The position numbers and the translations under genes were made by a program. A model generated the notes under the pieces. That model was not told the origin of the DNA and did not search any database. It saw nothing but the letters and a program-made list of their open reading frames with translations. Below are positions 41,017 through 50,464 of a stretch of 64,000 bases of DNA, piece after piece (positions within the stretch are counted from its first letter, which is position 1; each line of letters opens with the position of its first letter). Origin of the DNA: a virus; IMG/VR virus record IMGVR_UViG_3300045988_124542, positions 1 through 64,000 of that record. One strand, given 5' to 3'.

Positions 41017-41183
41017 ACTTCTTATCTTTATATTGGATTATAAAAATACAAAAATATATTCATATAACCAACTAAAAATCAATTAAATTCATCGAATATC
41101 TGATTTTGAATTATTTTTTTTGTTGTTAAATTTCTAATTCTTTTCTATTTTTGAGGATTGTCTAACTTAATTGTAATAATATC

Positions 41184-41360
41184 ATGGAAAAGAAAATAGA
41201 ACACAAAAAAGACAAAGTGGAACTTTACAAAGACAAAAACGATAAATGGCGATGGAAAAGAATAGCTCCAAACGGAGAAGTAGTTGGTGCTTCTACCCAA
41301 GGATATGCCAATAAAAGTTACTGTAAAGAGAATGCAAGGAGAAATGGGTGTGATATATAG
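41184..41360 (+). CDS. DUF1508/YegP-like small protein (not in ORF track, 58 aa)
   Basis: MEKKIEHKKDKVELYKDKNDKWRWKRIAPNGEVVGASTQGYANKSYCKENARRNG matches the YegP-repeat pattern. Confidence 0.6.
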   Translation: MEKKIEHKKDKVELYKDKNDKWRWKRIAPNGEVVGASTQGYANKSYCKENARRNGCDI

Positions 41361-41366
41361 ACAATG

Positions 41367-41531
41367 CTAATCATTTGGAATAATCCCCACTACTTCTTCT
41401 GTTGTAGCTCTTTGTTTAACAAAATCTTCTGCTTCATTCCAAGAAGTAGCCCATATTTCACCAGCGTATTTTCGCCCGTTGATTTCAAATTCTGTCAAAA
41501 ATTTCTTTTGTTTTTCTTCTTTTGTTTTCAT
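41367..41531 (-). CDS. hypothetical small protein (54 aa, not in ORF track)
   Basis: MKTKEEKQKKFLTEFEINGRKYAGEIWATSW...; more protein-like than the overlapping + strand ORF 41364-41564. Confidence 0.35.
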   Translation of the reverse strand: MKTKEEKQKKFLTEFEINGRKYAGEIWATSWNEAEDFVKQRATTEEVVGIIPND

Positions 41532-41575
41532 AATTACAATTTTAAAAAGTTAATAATTAATTGATTTATAAAAAG

Positions 41576-41607
41576 AAAGCGGTGATAAACTAAGTTGCCA
41601 CCGCTTT
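41576..41607. terminator. hairpin AAAGCGGTG...CACCGCTTT + T-run, bidirectional
   Basis: read directly; just downstream of lipoprotein gene stop (41629). Confidence 0.5.
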
Positions 41608-41628
41608 TACTGCTTACTATTTTGTATA

Positions 41629-42024
41629 TTATTGTATCCTGTACATTGAAAAGTCTTCAAAATCTCCAGATACACAATCAAGTTTCAGCCAACCTTCTGA
41701 CACCTTTACATCATAAACAATAGGTGGCTCAGGGTCACTATCAAATACAATGACTAATTTCATTGTATTTTTATCAAAAGAGTATGTGAAAGGATCTGGG
41801 CTTTTCTTTTTGCCTTCATTGTAATATACAGTCATTACGCCTGTATCGTCATTATAAAATGTGAGTTCGAAAAATTCATCTGCGGGGAATTGCTCTCCCC
41901 ATGAACCTATTAATATGCTGTTATTGTCATTATTCACATTATCATCGTTACACGAAAATGTGAATAAAAGTAGCAAGGTTAATAATATATGTAGTACTTG
42001 TTTCATGTTATTGTTAAAATTCAT
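41629..42024 (-). CDS. lipoprotein (Bacteroidota-type signal peptide/lipobox)
   Basis: MKQVLHILLTLLLLFTFSCNDDN... Confidence 0.6.
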   Translation of the reverse strand: MNFNNNMKQVLHILLTLLLLFTFSCNDDNVNNDNNSILIGSWGEQFPADEFFELTFYNDDTGVMTVYYNEGKKKSPDPFTYSFDKNTMKLVIVFDSDPEPPIVYDVKVSEGWLKLDCVSGDFEDFSMYRIQ

Positions 42025-42718
42025 ATCCGACCTTTATACTAAATCCGTTCATGTCACCACTTCCATCTCCCCATTCTTCATCAAATGATACCTTTTGTAT
42101 AGAATATCCTATACCTAAATTAACAGCTTGTTTTTTAGTGGTCATAAACCGTACGCCAATAAAAGGGTTACAATACAATCCACCTTTTTTTGCATGTCTT
42201 GGTGCTTCTTTTGTATTGAACTTATACCCTATTCTTAATGCAATAAAAGGAGATATTGGACCATTCAAGGCATATCCTCTCACATCCGCAAATACAGGTA
42301 TGCTTACTGTTGAATAATCGGTCATATAGTGTATGCCGGTTCCACCTCCTACAAATAAATATTGATTGATTTGGCTTCCATATGTAAAATATAATTCTGG
42401 GCCTTTGTATCCACCTGCCCAGTATCCGAGATCAATCATAAATCTACTCCCTGTCAAATCGTACTTTTCATTGGATATTTTAAATGGAATTTTAGATTCT
42501 TTCTCTTCTTTGGTTATTTTACTGATATCTTCCATAGGGTACACAAACGTACTACCATCAGAAGTGCGAATAGTAATTTGCTTGTCTGGTATCTGCTCGA
42601 TAATAACCCCTTTTATAACACTTCCATTTTTTAAATGAATAGCTTCAACCATTTTGTTCTGTGAGTAAGCGCATACACTACCCAATAGAACAACTAACAA
42701 TAATAGATACTTTTTCAT
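42014..42718 (-). CDS. outer-membrane beta-barrel protein (Bacteroidota OMP-like)
   Basis: signal peptide MKKYLLLLVVLLGSVCAYSQ, alternating aromatic/Gly beta-strand pattern, C-terminal ...VGYEF. Confidence 0.65.
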   Translation of the reverse strand: MKKYLLLLVVLLGSVCAYSQNKMVEAIHLKNGSVIKGVIIEQIPDKQITIRTSDGSTFVYPMEDISKITKEEKESKIPFKISNEKYDLTGSRFMIDLGYWAGGYKGPELYFTYGSQINQYLFVGGGTGIHYMTDYSTVSIPVFADVRGYALNGPISPFIALRIGYKFNTKEAPRHAKKGGLYCNPFIGVRFMTTKKQAVNLGIGYSIQKVSFDEEWGDGSGDMNGFSIKVGYEF

Positions 42719-43213
42719 ATGAAATAATTTTGCTCTTTCTGCCTCCTTCGAAAGATTAACAAAAAAAAGAAGCGTGGAGACTATTGGATACTACCACATT
42801 GAGGTCTTGGACTACCCTTCGCACAATAGTAAACAATAGCCCCACGCCTTATGTCAGTATACTATTATCCCTCTTGTATAATCAGAATGCGTATACAACA
42901 ACATAGGCGTAGGAGCTGTATGTCTATTATCTTGTGCGAATGAAAGTGTCCAAGTTTCAATGCAAGATAATATCTTAACGCTTCTACGTCTTTATTCTAA
43001 TACGTGAGGGCAAAGATAGTTATTCTATCTAATATTTTAAAACGGCTTAAAAGGATTTAATTTGATGTAAAATGAATATTGGGAATTTTAACAGTTCGTA
43101 TTTTTGCATAAACAACAAAATATCTAAGATCATGAACAAATGCAAAAAGCCATCAAGAAAAACAGCCAGTAAAGCAGGCAAGTTATTAAGAAAGAAGATA
43201 TCTTCCAAAGATG

Positions 43214-43558
43214 TTAAAACTCTTGCAGGTTACACTTTACAAGCCGCTTCCCGTCGTGGAAAAAGTAAGAGTGGTTGCCAAAAGAAAGGAAAATAAGTTC
43301 TTTAATACAAGCTTTTGGTATGGTCATTATACCAGAAGCTTGTTCTAATGTATTGGAATTACCAACAGCATAATGACCAGCTACAGATATAGATCTCTCA
43401 TTTTCATGTACAACAATACCATAGCTCTCTATTTCTGATATATCTGTTTCGTAATCCTCCAGATCTACCCATGTTCTTTCTGATAGGTTGGAATCTATCC
43501 ACTTAACTAATACCCGCTTGTTTAAAAGCGATTCTTTTTTATGTCTATTCTTTTTCAT
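43214..43558 (-). CDS. hypothetical protein
   Basis: 114-aa ORF. Confidence 0.4.
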   Translation of the reverse strand: MKKNRHKKESLLNKRVLVKWIDSNLSERTWVDLEDYETDISEIESYGIVVHENERSISVAGHYAVGNSNTLEQASGIMTIPKACIKELIFLSFGNHSYFFHDGKRLVKCNLQEF

Positions 43559-43672
43559 AACTTGTTATATTGATTTTTTTAGTAAACGAAAAGAGATTGT
43601 GCCAGCATTTTGACACAATCTCAATTATATGGGAATAATACTAAGGAAAAGTGTAAAGTGGTATATAATTAC

Positions 43673-43957
43673 CTAATTTAAAAGCCTATACCAGCCTTTT
43701 CCCTGACATGTCTCAAAATTCCATTTTCCAACAAGCCTTCTGTATCCTCTTACTGGTATTTTCACTATTTCCCTTGGCACGATTTCAATATACTTTCCTT
43801 CTCCGATTGGTATAGTCATATTACCTGCCTCTTCCGTGCAAAAGTATTCTATTTCAGATGCCATGTCTTTATATACATAGAACCGGTATAGGTTCCCGTC
43901 AGGGTCTACCCGATCCATGTAATATAATATCACTTTGTCTACTTTTATCGTTTTCAT
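43673..43957 (-). CDS. hypothetical protein
   Basis: 94-aa ORF. Confidence 0.4.
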   Translation of the reverse strand: MKTIKVDKVILYYMDRVDPDGNLYRFYVYKDMASEIEYFCTEEAGNMTIPIGEGKYIEIVPREIVKIPVRGYRRLVGKWNFETCQGKGWYRLLN

Positions 43958-44298
43958 TCCTTTATTCTACTTATCTTTAAATTGTTATTCTTACAGTATT
44001 CCTTCAGCCAACTATCCGTTAGATAACGATTGACTCTATCATATTTCTTTTTCGAACCCTTGCTCCAGAATTTCCATTCGTTTGTGATATCATACCCATA
44101 TTTATCAAACCAATAGATATAATACACTACGTTACCGTATAAATCTACTCTTTTTCTTTCCTGTATGACTACCTCGTAAGGTATCTTCTTGTCTCTTTTC
44201 TCCATCTTTGTCCTCCTTTCTTGAATAAAAAAAAACGGCACCTGTCTTCGCAGACCAGTGCCGGTAACTAACTCGCATGGAAAACTACTTAACCTCAA
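43954..44298 (-). CDS. hypothetical protein
   Basis: 114-aa ORF. Confidence 0.4.
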   Translation of the reverse strand: MRLSSFPCELVTGTGLRRQVPFFFIQERRTKMEKRDKKIPYEVVIQERKRVDLYGNVVYYIYWFDKYGYDITNEWKFWSKGSKKKYDRVNRYLTDSWLKEYCKNNNLKISRIKE

Positions 44299-44695
44299 CT
44301 AATTCTACAGAGCTGTAGAATTTAGTGAAGCTACCAACAAATTCTCTTATATTTTTATATTCTTCTGGTCGTTTTCTGTTACCGTCTTTTATGTAATTCA
44401 CCCACAGTCTATCCTCTATGTTCTTAATCGCACTCTCTATAGTAAATTCGTCGCTGACACACATTAAGCACGAAGACCCGGTTTTCTTATGTGGTTTATA
44501 CACCCTTGAAAAAGACCACATTTTTATCCTGTCGTATATATATCCGTTGTTGGGATAAACGAATCCTATTCGTTTATCACCTTCTTTGGCGTAAAATACA
44601 CCCGGTTCCTTTCCTCCCTTTCTATATACCACAAATCCTTTTTCTTTTAGGATCTTAACTACTTTATCTAATTCATTTTCTACGTTCATTTTCAT
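44285..44695 (-). CDS. hypothetical protein
   Basis: 136-aa ORF. Confidence 0.45.
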   Translation of the reverse strand: MKMNVENELDKVVKILKEKGFVVYRKGGKEPGVFYAKEGDKRIGFVYPNNGYIYDRIKMWSFSRVYKPHKKTGSSCLMCVSDEFTIESAIKNIEDRLWVNYIKDGNRKRPEEYKNIREFVGSFTKFYSSVELVEVK

Positions 44696-45146
44696 GCAAA
44701 AATTTAAAAACGACCTTCATTACATTTCCAAAGTTCTCCACCTTAACCCACTCATGAGCTACTGCTCTAAGTACGGATGTCTCGTATGTCGGAATATCGT
44801 CTTCTTCAACCACCTTACAAGAAGCCAGAACTCCTTCGGTCGGCTTTAGTCCTCGGTCATGCAGCTCGCAGAGACCGTCCGGCTGGCGGAATGCGCACCA
44901 CCCGTCTTTCACTGTTGGCTGGATCATCGCTATTGGTTTTTCTTTCACTGCAAGATACCCTACCATCCACATTGTTTCTTTTAACCTGTCAGCGTATCCG
45001 GCATCTATGATAGCCTCTATGTCTTTTGGCGTACCAATACAAGGAACCTTACACATGTTTTTACATTTATCACATGCACAAGGTTGCTCCCATCTGTTAT
45101 GATCTATGCCTACCAACTTCTTTATCCGTTCTACTTCTTCTTTCAT
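44673..45146 (-). CDS. hypothetical Cys-cluster protein
   Basis: CACDKCKNMCKVPC cluster. Confidence 0.45.
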   Translation of the reverse strand: MKEEVERIKKLVGIDHNRWEQPCACDKCKNMCKVPCIGTPKDIEAIIDAGYADRLKETMWMVGYLAVKEKPIAMIQPTVKDGWCAFRQPDGLCELHDRGLKPTEGVLASCKVVEEDDIPTYETSVLRAVAHEWVKVENFGNVMKVVFKFLHENERRK

Positions 45147-45415
45147 ACTTCTTTTGTTAGTTCATCATAATATGCTTTCAATTCTGGTGAGGCGTATTTC
45201 ATAAATGCTTCAAATAAATATGGTACTTCTACTATCGTGTATATAGTATTCCCTATTGAAAGCTGATTAAGATCATTGCTGTACAAACACGTAACACGAG
45301 AATCGAATATATACAAATCCATCCTCACGTATTCTATACATGAAGACAACGCATCAAACAAATTCTTTACGTCATTTTTGTCAAAAAGTTCTACAAAACC
45401 TCTTAATTCTCTCAT
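45143..45415 (-). CDS. hypothetical protein
   Basis: 90-aa ORF. Confidence 0.4.
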   Translation of the reverse strand: MRELRGFVELFDKNDVKNLFDALSSCIEYVRMDLYIFDSRVTCLYSNDLNQLSIGNTIYTIVEVPYLFEAFMKYASPELKAYYDELTKEV

Positions 45416-45795
45416 TCCACTACCCTTTCCACGTGTTTAATTAATACTACTGCCATCCCCTTACCGGTTTTTATCGCACATTCCGATCCTTTTATCCATT
45501 CTACACATCCTACATACTTTTCTGTAGAATGAAAACCTGGATTGTATTTCCCAGATGTACTGAACTCTACCGTATCCCCTACCTTCAGATCATCAAAAGC
45601 AATAGACCATGTGGTCCAAATTCTATCATGTCTCCCAGGCTGAATGGCTCCGATTACGCCTTTTTTACGACCGTTTTTTATCGCCCTTAGTATTATCTTC
45701 CTATCACCTTCGATAAGGCTGCAAAAGCACCCGTAAAAGGTCAAATCAACCTGTTTTCCTCCTATTTCTTCTCTTATTTTTGTTATTCTGTTCAT
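45412..45795 (-). CDS. hypothetical protein
   Basis: 127-aa ORF. Confidence 0.45.
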   Translation of the reverse strand: MNRITKIREEIGGKQVDLTFYGCFCSLIEGDRKIILRAIKNGRKKGVIGAIQPGRHDRIWTTWSIAFDDLKVGDTVEFSTSGKYNPGFHSTEKYVGCVEWIKGSECAIKTGKGMAVVLIKHVERVVE

Positions 45796-46039
45796 TTTCT
45801 GATTTTGTTTTATTTTTTTCTTTGTTTTTTCTATCTTCTATAGAAGATGATAATAACATTATCTTTTCTATGTTACTTTTTGATTGTAAAAAAGAATCGC
45901 ATTTCATTACTACTACCACCTTCTTAAGTTCCCCATTATCGTATAGCGATACACGCATCATGTTTGGCACCTCGTCCACTATCAGACCTGGAGTAGTCTT
46001 AGCCATTTTACGTAGCTTGTTATACTCCGGTCTTTCCAT
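45746..46039 (-). CDS. hypothetical protein with basic C-terminus
   Basis: 97-aa ORF. Confidence 0.35.
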   Translation of the reverse strand: MERPEYNKLRKMAKTTPGLIVDEVPNMMRVSLYDNGELKKVVVVMKCDSFLQSKSNIEKIMLLSSSIEDRKNKEKNKTKSENEQNNKNKRRNRRKTG

Positions 46040-46304
46040 TTCCTCTGTTTATTACTCTATAGTATTTATCCTTATCCCCTTCTTTCAACTTCTCCAGATA
46101 GAAAATTCCATCATGTAAATGAGACAAACAAAACCTGTATCCGTATTTCTGTACTCTTCTTACATGATCCCTCAGTCTTATCTCTTCACTTTTGTCTTGT
46201 ACTTTGATTTTAATACTGTCTCCTTCTTTGATTGTGTATAAAATAGTTTGAATCTCTTCTTTTTTCATCTTATAAAATATTTTAACGGCAGCACCTATAC
46301 TCAC
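46020..46304 (-). CDS. hypothetical protein
   Basis: 94-aa ORF. Confidence 0.4.
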   Translation of the reverse strand: MSIGAAVKIFYKMKKEEIQTILYTIKEGDSIKIKVQDKSEEIRLRDHVRRVQKYGYRFCLSHLHDGIFYLEKLKEGDKDKYYRVINRGNGKTGV

Positions 46305-46331
46305 GCACCACTACTGCCTTATGTTTAACAA

Positions 46332-47141
46332 TTAAATACTTAACTCTTCAATGGTCAAGCCTTTTTCTTTTGCCCACTTTAGCATCGCGCATAATTCTGT
46401 TTCTGACTTATATTTCGGATCACGCCACGCCCATCCGAATTTATCCAGGACATGATGATATAATTCGTCGGCCTTTGCCGTGTAAATGTCTTTGAATAAA
46501 TGCTCCGAACCTTCCGGTATAAGCATCTCTGTTGTTGCAAAATCGGAATACGATAAACATCCGTAAGCATATTCTGTTATTTCACTCCATGCTTCTCCGG
46601 CTTTAAATCCAAATTCTTTTACAAAAGCCAAAGTTAGATACATATTTAATAATATTGTTACATCATATCCGGAATCCGACTTTCTTTCTATTATTTCCTT
46701 TTCAAATTCCTTTAAATCTTCAGGCCCTAAAAAGATGTATCCTGATACCGACCGGTAATTAGTCTCCGCATACTTCTTGCATTTATCATCATTGACAATC
46801 TTACTAATGTTAGATAACATCTTTTGCCTCCATTCATCACAAAACTCTACCTCTACGTTCATCCAATCAGTACCATAATTATATTCTTTCGGATATCCGA
46901 CCGATGTTACCTTTATACTATTCACGCCATATCCGTAAAGGCGTTCACTTACCTCATTCGCCCATTCCTGTACAAAAGGAATAAACTTATTGTAATAAGA
47001 ATCAAAATCAAAATCCGATTCCTCCTCATATTCTGGCATCTCTTCATAATCCTGTTCAAAGAAATGACGAGGATCTGCTATTGTTTCGTAGAAACTTACG
47101 TTAATGAAACAAAACTCGTTGGTTGTCGTTTTTAATATCAT
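46332..47141 (-). CDS. hypothetical protein
   Basis: 269-aa ORF. Confidence 0.5.
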   Translation of the reverse strand: MILKTTTNEFCFINVSFYETIADPRHFFEQDYEEMPEYEEESDFDFDSYYNKFIPFVQEWANEVSERLYGYGVNSIKVTSVGYPKEYNYGTDWMNVEVEFCDEWRQKMLSNISKIVNDDKCKKYAETNYRSVSGYIFLGPEDLKEFEKEIIERKSDSGYDVTILLNMYLTLAFVKEFGFKAGEAWSEITEYAYGCLSYSDFATTEMLIPEGSEHLFKDIYTAKADELYHHVLDKFGWAWRDPKYKSETELCAMLKWAKEKGLTIEELSI

Positions 47142-47392
47142 AACTTTTTGTATTTACGTACATTTTTCTTGCCATAGAATCTACACATGGCACGAATCTG
47201 ACTATAAAATACTTTTGTCCTCCTGGCCTCAAAGTATTTAAACATTTCTTCATTCTTTGTTTCCCAAACGTAATCCGTTTGGGAACTCATGCGATCTTTC
47301 TCCTTGCGTGAATAATGGTAATATGATACCACAACACGTTTCATACCATTCTTTACAGGTACGATATTTACGTCTATACTATTCTCTGTCAT
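47138..47392 (-). CDS. hypothetical protein
   Basis: 84-aa ORF. Confidence 0.4.
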   Translation of the reverse strand: MTENSIDVNIVPVKNGMKRVVVSYYHYSRKEKDRMSSQTDYVWETKNEEMFKYFEARRTKVFYSQIRAMCRFYGKKNVRKYKKL

Positions 47393-47413
47393 ATTATTAT
47401 TGTTTTATGTTAT

Positions 47414-47797
47414 TTAATGGTAATACTGATCCCATTTATGTGTCAGATGATAATTAAACATGGTGTAAAGTTGTATATAACCACCTTCTAATTCTTTTAT
47501 AATATCTTTCACAATATTCAGCCTTACCTCCTTCGTTTCTGGACTAAGACAACCAAACCACCCATAAAACGTTCTTGTTTCCTCTGGTTCTGTGGCCATA
47601 CTTATCTTCTCCTCCAATTCCGGGAAATATATTCTCACCATTTCGTCTGAACGAAACTCATAGATATTTTTATGTGTTTTGAAATACATAAACACTACAT
47701 TTCTTAACGCAACACATATGTATTCCCCATCCTCTAACCTATCAATCATCTCATATACCTTTTTCCATATGAATAATCGCTCTTCTTTTGTAAACAT
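47414..47797 (-). CDS. hypothetical protein
   Basis: 127-aa ORF. Confidence 0.45.
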   Translation of the reverse strand: MFTKEERLFIWKKVYEMIDRLEDGEYICVALRNVVFMYFKTHKNIYEFRSDEMVRIYFPELEEKISMATEPEETRTFYGWFGCLSPETKEVRLNIVKDIIKELEGGYIQLYTMFNYHLTHKWDQYYH

Positions 47798-47805
47798 ATC
47801 TTTCT

Positions 47806-48153
47806 TTATTTTTGTGGTATTATTTGACTGTACGCAGACTTTTCCATGTACACAATACTATGCTCCTGTCCAAGTATTTTCTTTGCTGCTTCTTTCTTTA
47901 TCGCGCAATATCTCCCTGTACGATACGGATTCTTTTGATCTGATCCATCCTCAACTTCGATAATAAAACAACCTCCGTCATCTATTATCTTTTTGCAATT
48001 GTCACATATTTCTCCCGTGCATATATGATGCGGCGCCTGCCCTTTGATGTTATTCCCTAATAAAGCAATCCCCATCTCTTCACCGCATACTATGCATAGT
48101 TCTATGGATGGATTCAACCCATGCTCTGGATGCAATACAATACCGTCTTTCAT
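47806..48153 (-). CDS. hypothetical zinc-ribbon protein
   Basis: CIVCG...CTGEICDNC. Confidence 0.45.
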   Translation of the reverse strand: MKDGIVLHPEHGLNPSIELCIVCGEEMGIALLGNNIKGQAPHHICTGEICDNCKKIIDDGGCFIIEVEDGSDQKNPYRTGRYCAIKKEAAKKILGQEHSIVYMEKSAYSQIIPQK

Positions 48154-48554
48154 TTTCTATCCTCCTTTATTAATTCTATTATAAACTTTTTATCTTGTTC
48201 CCACAATGGCAGCCCTTCTTTTACTGTGTATGCCACTGTTTCCCTCTCTCCTATTAATCGCACGGCAATCTCTCTTGCTTTCAAGTCATCCTCCTCATGC
48301 GATTTGTTTATTAAATCATAGGCACATGATTCCACCTTTTGCCTTTCGATTATTATCGAACCCATTAACTCGCTTATATGCGATCCTAAAAACGATAAGA
48401 CATTAATAGCTTTCCCAATATCATTTGAAATAGCACTTGCTAAATACATCTTATCCATATACTCCGGCAAAGCCTCGTATGCCGTTTCTATGTTTTTATA
48501 CTGATTTTCGTTTACCTCCCTTTTAATCAGTTCTTCAAATTCTTCTTTTAACAT
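48150..48554 (-). CDS. hypothetical protein (start trimmed to MLKEEFEEL)
   Basis: ORF track start 48701 is GTG and its first 49 codons overlay a tRNA-like element; ATG at 48552-48554 more plausible. Confidence 0.4.
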   Translation of the reverse strand: MLKEEFEELIKREVNENQYKNIETAYEALPEYMDKMYLASAISNDIGKAINVLSFLGSHISELMGSIIIERQKVESCAYDLINKSHEEDDLKAREIAVRLIGERETVAYTVKEGLPLWEQDKKFIIELIKEDRK

Positions 48555-48891
48555 GTTCTTCCCTATTTTAATGTTGTGTGAGATCGCCGGAATCGAACCG
48601 ACTTGCTGCACCATGAATCCCATAAAGCAAATGCTCCGATCTTCGCAGATGGGAGCATTCTGTCTAAAGCATAAGAAAATTAATGAAGAAATTTTTCTCA
48701 CTTACGCCATAGCATCTAAAATAGCTATCAGCACTATTTCTATGACAAACATAATAGAAAATATCTTAAATGCCTTTTTCATATCGCTATCTCCTCCTTT
48801 TTATTTTTTTTTTAGTTCCACAATAAACTGTTCCGGCTCTGCTCCGACCTACGTTCCACCTACAACCGCAGGCCTTAGCCCAAGGCGCCGC

Positions 48892-49161
48892 CTACTCCCC
48901 CTCTATGGCAGCCTGTTCGTACCTACAAATCCAATCTCCATCTATACAACTATCACTACGCGATAATAAACATTTATCCTTATAACAATCATAAAAAATA
49001 CACCTATCACAACTGTAATCCTTAACGTCTACACAGCTAACTACCTTAGCATATACTATTCCATCACTGCCTTCTATTCCTTTTACCCCGAAAATAGAAC
49101 CTTCTACCTCCTTACTCAAATCTAAGTCAGGCGCAAAGTCATATACGTTCATACCATCCAT
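48892..49161 (-). CDS. hypothetical Cys-rich protein
   Basis: 89-aa ORF. Confidence 0.4.
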   Translation of the reverse strand: MDGMNVYDFAPDLDLSKEVEGSIFGVKGIEGSDGIVYAKVVSCVDVKDYSCDRCIFYDCYKDKCLLSRSDSCIDGDWICRYEQAAIEGE

Positions 49162-49250
49162 ATTTTAATTGTTAAACATCCCGCTTAAAAAAAAATACTC
49201 ACATAATGCAGTCCTCAACCCTTAATCTGTTGGAAGGAACCTATATAATG

Positions 49251-49336
49251 CTGTTTTAAACCCTTATCATATTGAATTTTGTGGAAATGATCTACAGAAC
49301 ACTGTTTTAAAACGCTTATCTATTGAATTTTGTTGG
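49251..49336. repeat. two ~35-bp direct repeats (CTGTTTTAAA.C..TTATC.TATTGAATTTTGT.GG) 16 bp apart
   Basis: read directly in intergenic DNA. Confidence 0.7.
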
Positions 49337-50064
49337 TAGGGAGTGCCCTCCCTCTCCCCCTCTCCAACTCCCGCTAATCCTCCGGCTTTCCGCATAGAAC
49401 CCACGCCCTACCGCCTCACTACCGGCATACGGAGAGCGCTACAAGCTTATACTCTGGCATGGAGTATGGGGGATTTGGAGATAATATCATTCCATAGAGA
49501 GAATAGAGAGACTTCAGCCCACGCCCTACCGCCTGCTCCTCCTATCAAGATAGATATTCAGACCTATAATCAAAGCCAAAAACGAAAAGCAAAAAACCAT
49601 CACAATATTATACTGATCTGGTCCGTACTCTAACATAGACCTTACTCCAACCGATAAAAAATACAGGTCAGCTACTAATAAAAACCACCACATAAAATAA
49701 AAAATTTACAATAAGTGTGTCCGAAAATACGGGTATCATAAAACCTAACTAATTGATAATCAAGCATACCTTATTTTTAAGAAAAGTACAATAAGACTAA
49801 TTTTCAATCCATAGAGATGAAAAAGGCGGCATCCGACACCCTATTTTGGGTCAGAAAACCGCCTCAAGTTTCGTTTTAGACCAATTTTAACGACATGATA
49901 TAGACAAAATACCGGAATTATATCCGAACGCTCCTATTTTAGTTTCGTTTTAGACCAATATGGCTCACATCCGACGTTCACTCTCAGAATATCCTACCCA
50001 TGAATATAAAGAGTAAGATACAAAAATAGGGCTGCTCCGATATTCGAAACAACCCTATTCCTAT

Positions 50065-50271
50065 TTAAATGCTGTTTATGTTTTCCTTCACGTATGTTCG
50101 TGATGTATGGACTTTGCGTTTGCATTTGTCCTTTCCTGTATCGGCATGATACGCTTCTTTGAGATCACGATACAACATAAATTCACGATACGCTCTTTTT
50201 CGCTTTTCTTTAGCTTCTTTCCTGGACAGACCGCGGACGTCTACCATATGAGATTTAAATTTCCTTTCCAT
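50065..50271 (-). CDS. hypothetical small basic protein
   Basis: 68-aa ORF in otherwise noncoding region. Confidence 0.35.
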   Translation of the reverse strand: MERKFKSHMVDVRGLSRKEAKEKRKRAYREFMLYRDLKEAYHADTGKDKCKRKVHTSRTYVKENINSI

Positions 50272-50294
50272 TTTCTTTATGCTTTAATTATGAT

Positions 50295-50464
50295 TAACTC
50301 CATCTATTAAGTGCTTCAATATAGAAACTCTCCGCCTCTTTATACTCATTTTCACTAAGTGTTTCCACCGTCTCGATATAGTTACGCAATGTTATTTTTA
50401 CGCAACTGTTTTTAGATTTATTGAACGCTTCAATTAAAGCGTTGATCATTGCTTTCTTTTCCAT
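50295..50464 (-). CDS. hypothetical small protein (56 aa, not in ORF track)
   Basis: MEKKAMINALIEAFNKSKNSCVKITLRNYIETVETLSENEYKEAESFYIEALNRWS; ATG start, tandem with 50065-50271. Confidence 0.3.

Noticed and set aside
39790-41160. Terminal inverted repeats delimiting the IS1595 element
   Set aside because: Could not find matching inverted repeats in the flanks by eye; boundaries left undefined rather than invented.
41364-41564. 66-aa + strand ORF from the track
   Set aside because: Phe/Cys-rich nonsense-like translation; the opposite strand encodes a more plausible 54-aa protein.
43072-43296. 74-aa basic + strand ORF
   Set aside because: Overlaps the 3' end of a minus-strand gene by 83 nt and lacks a convincing start; may be real (ribosomal-protein-like composition) but unsupported.
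49343-49633. 96-aa ORF rich in Pro/Ala (MPSLSPSPTPANPPAF...)
   Set aside because: Lies over duplicated GC-rich 17-mers in a noncoding repeat region; low-complexity translation, no start context; judged spurious.
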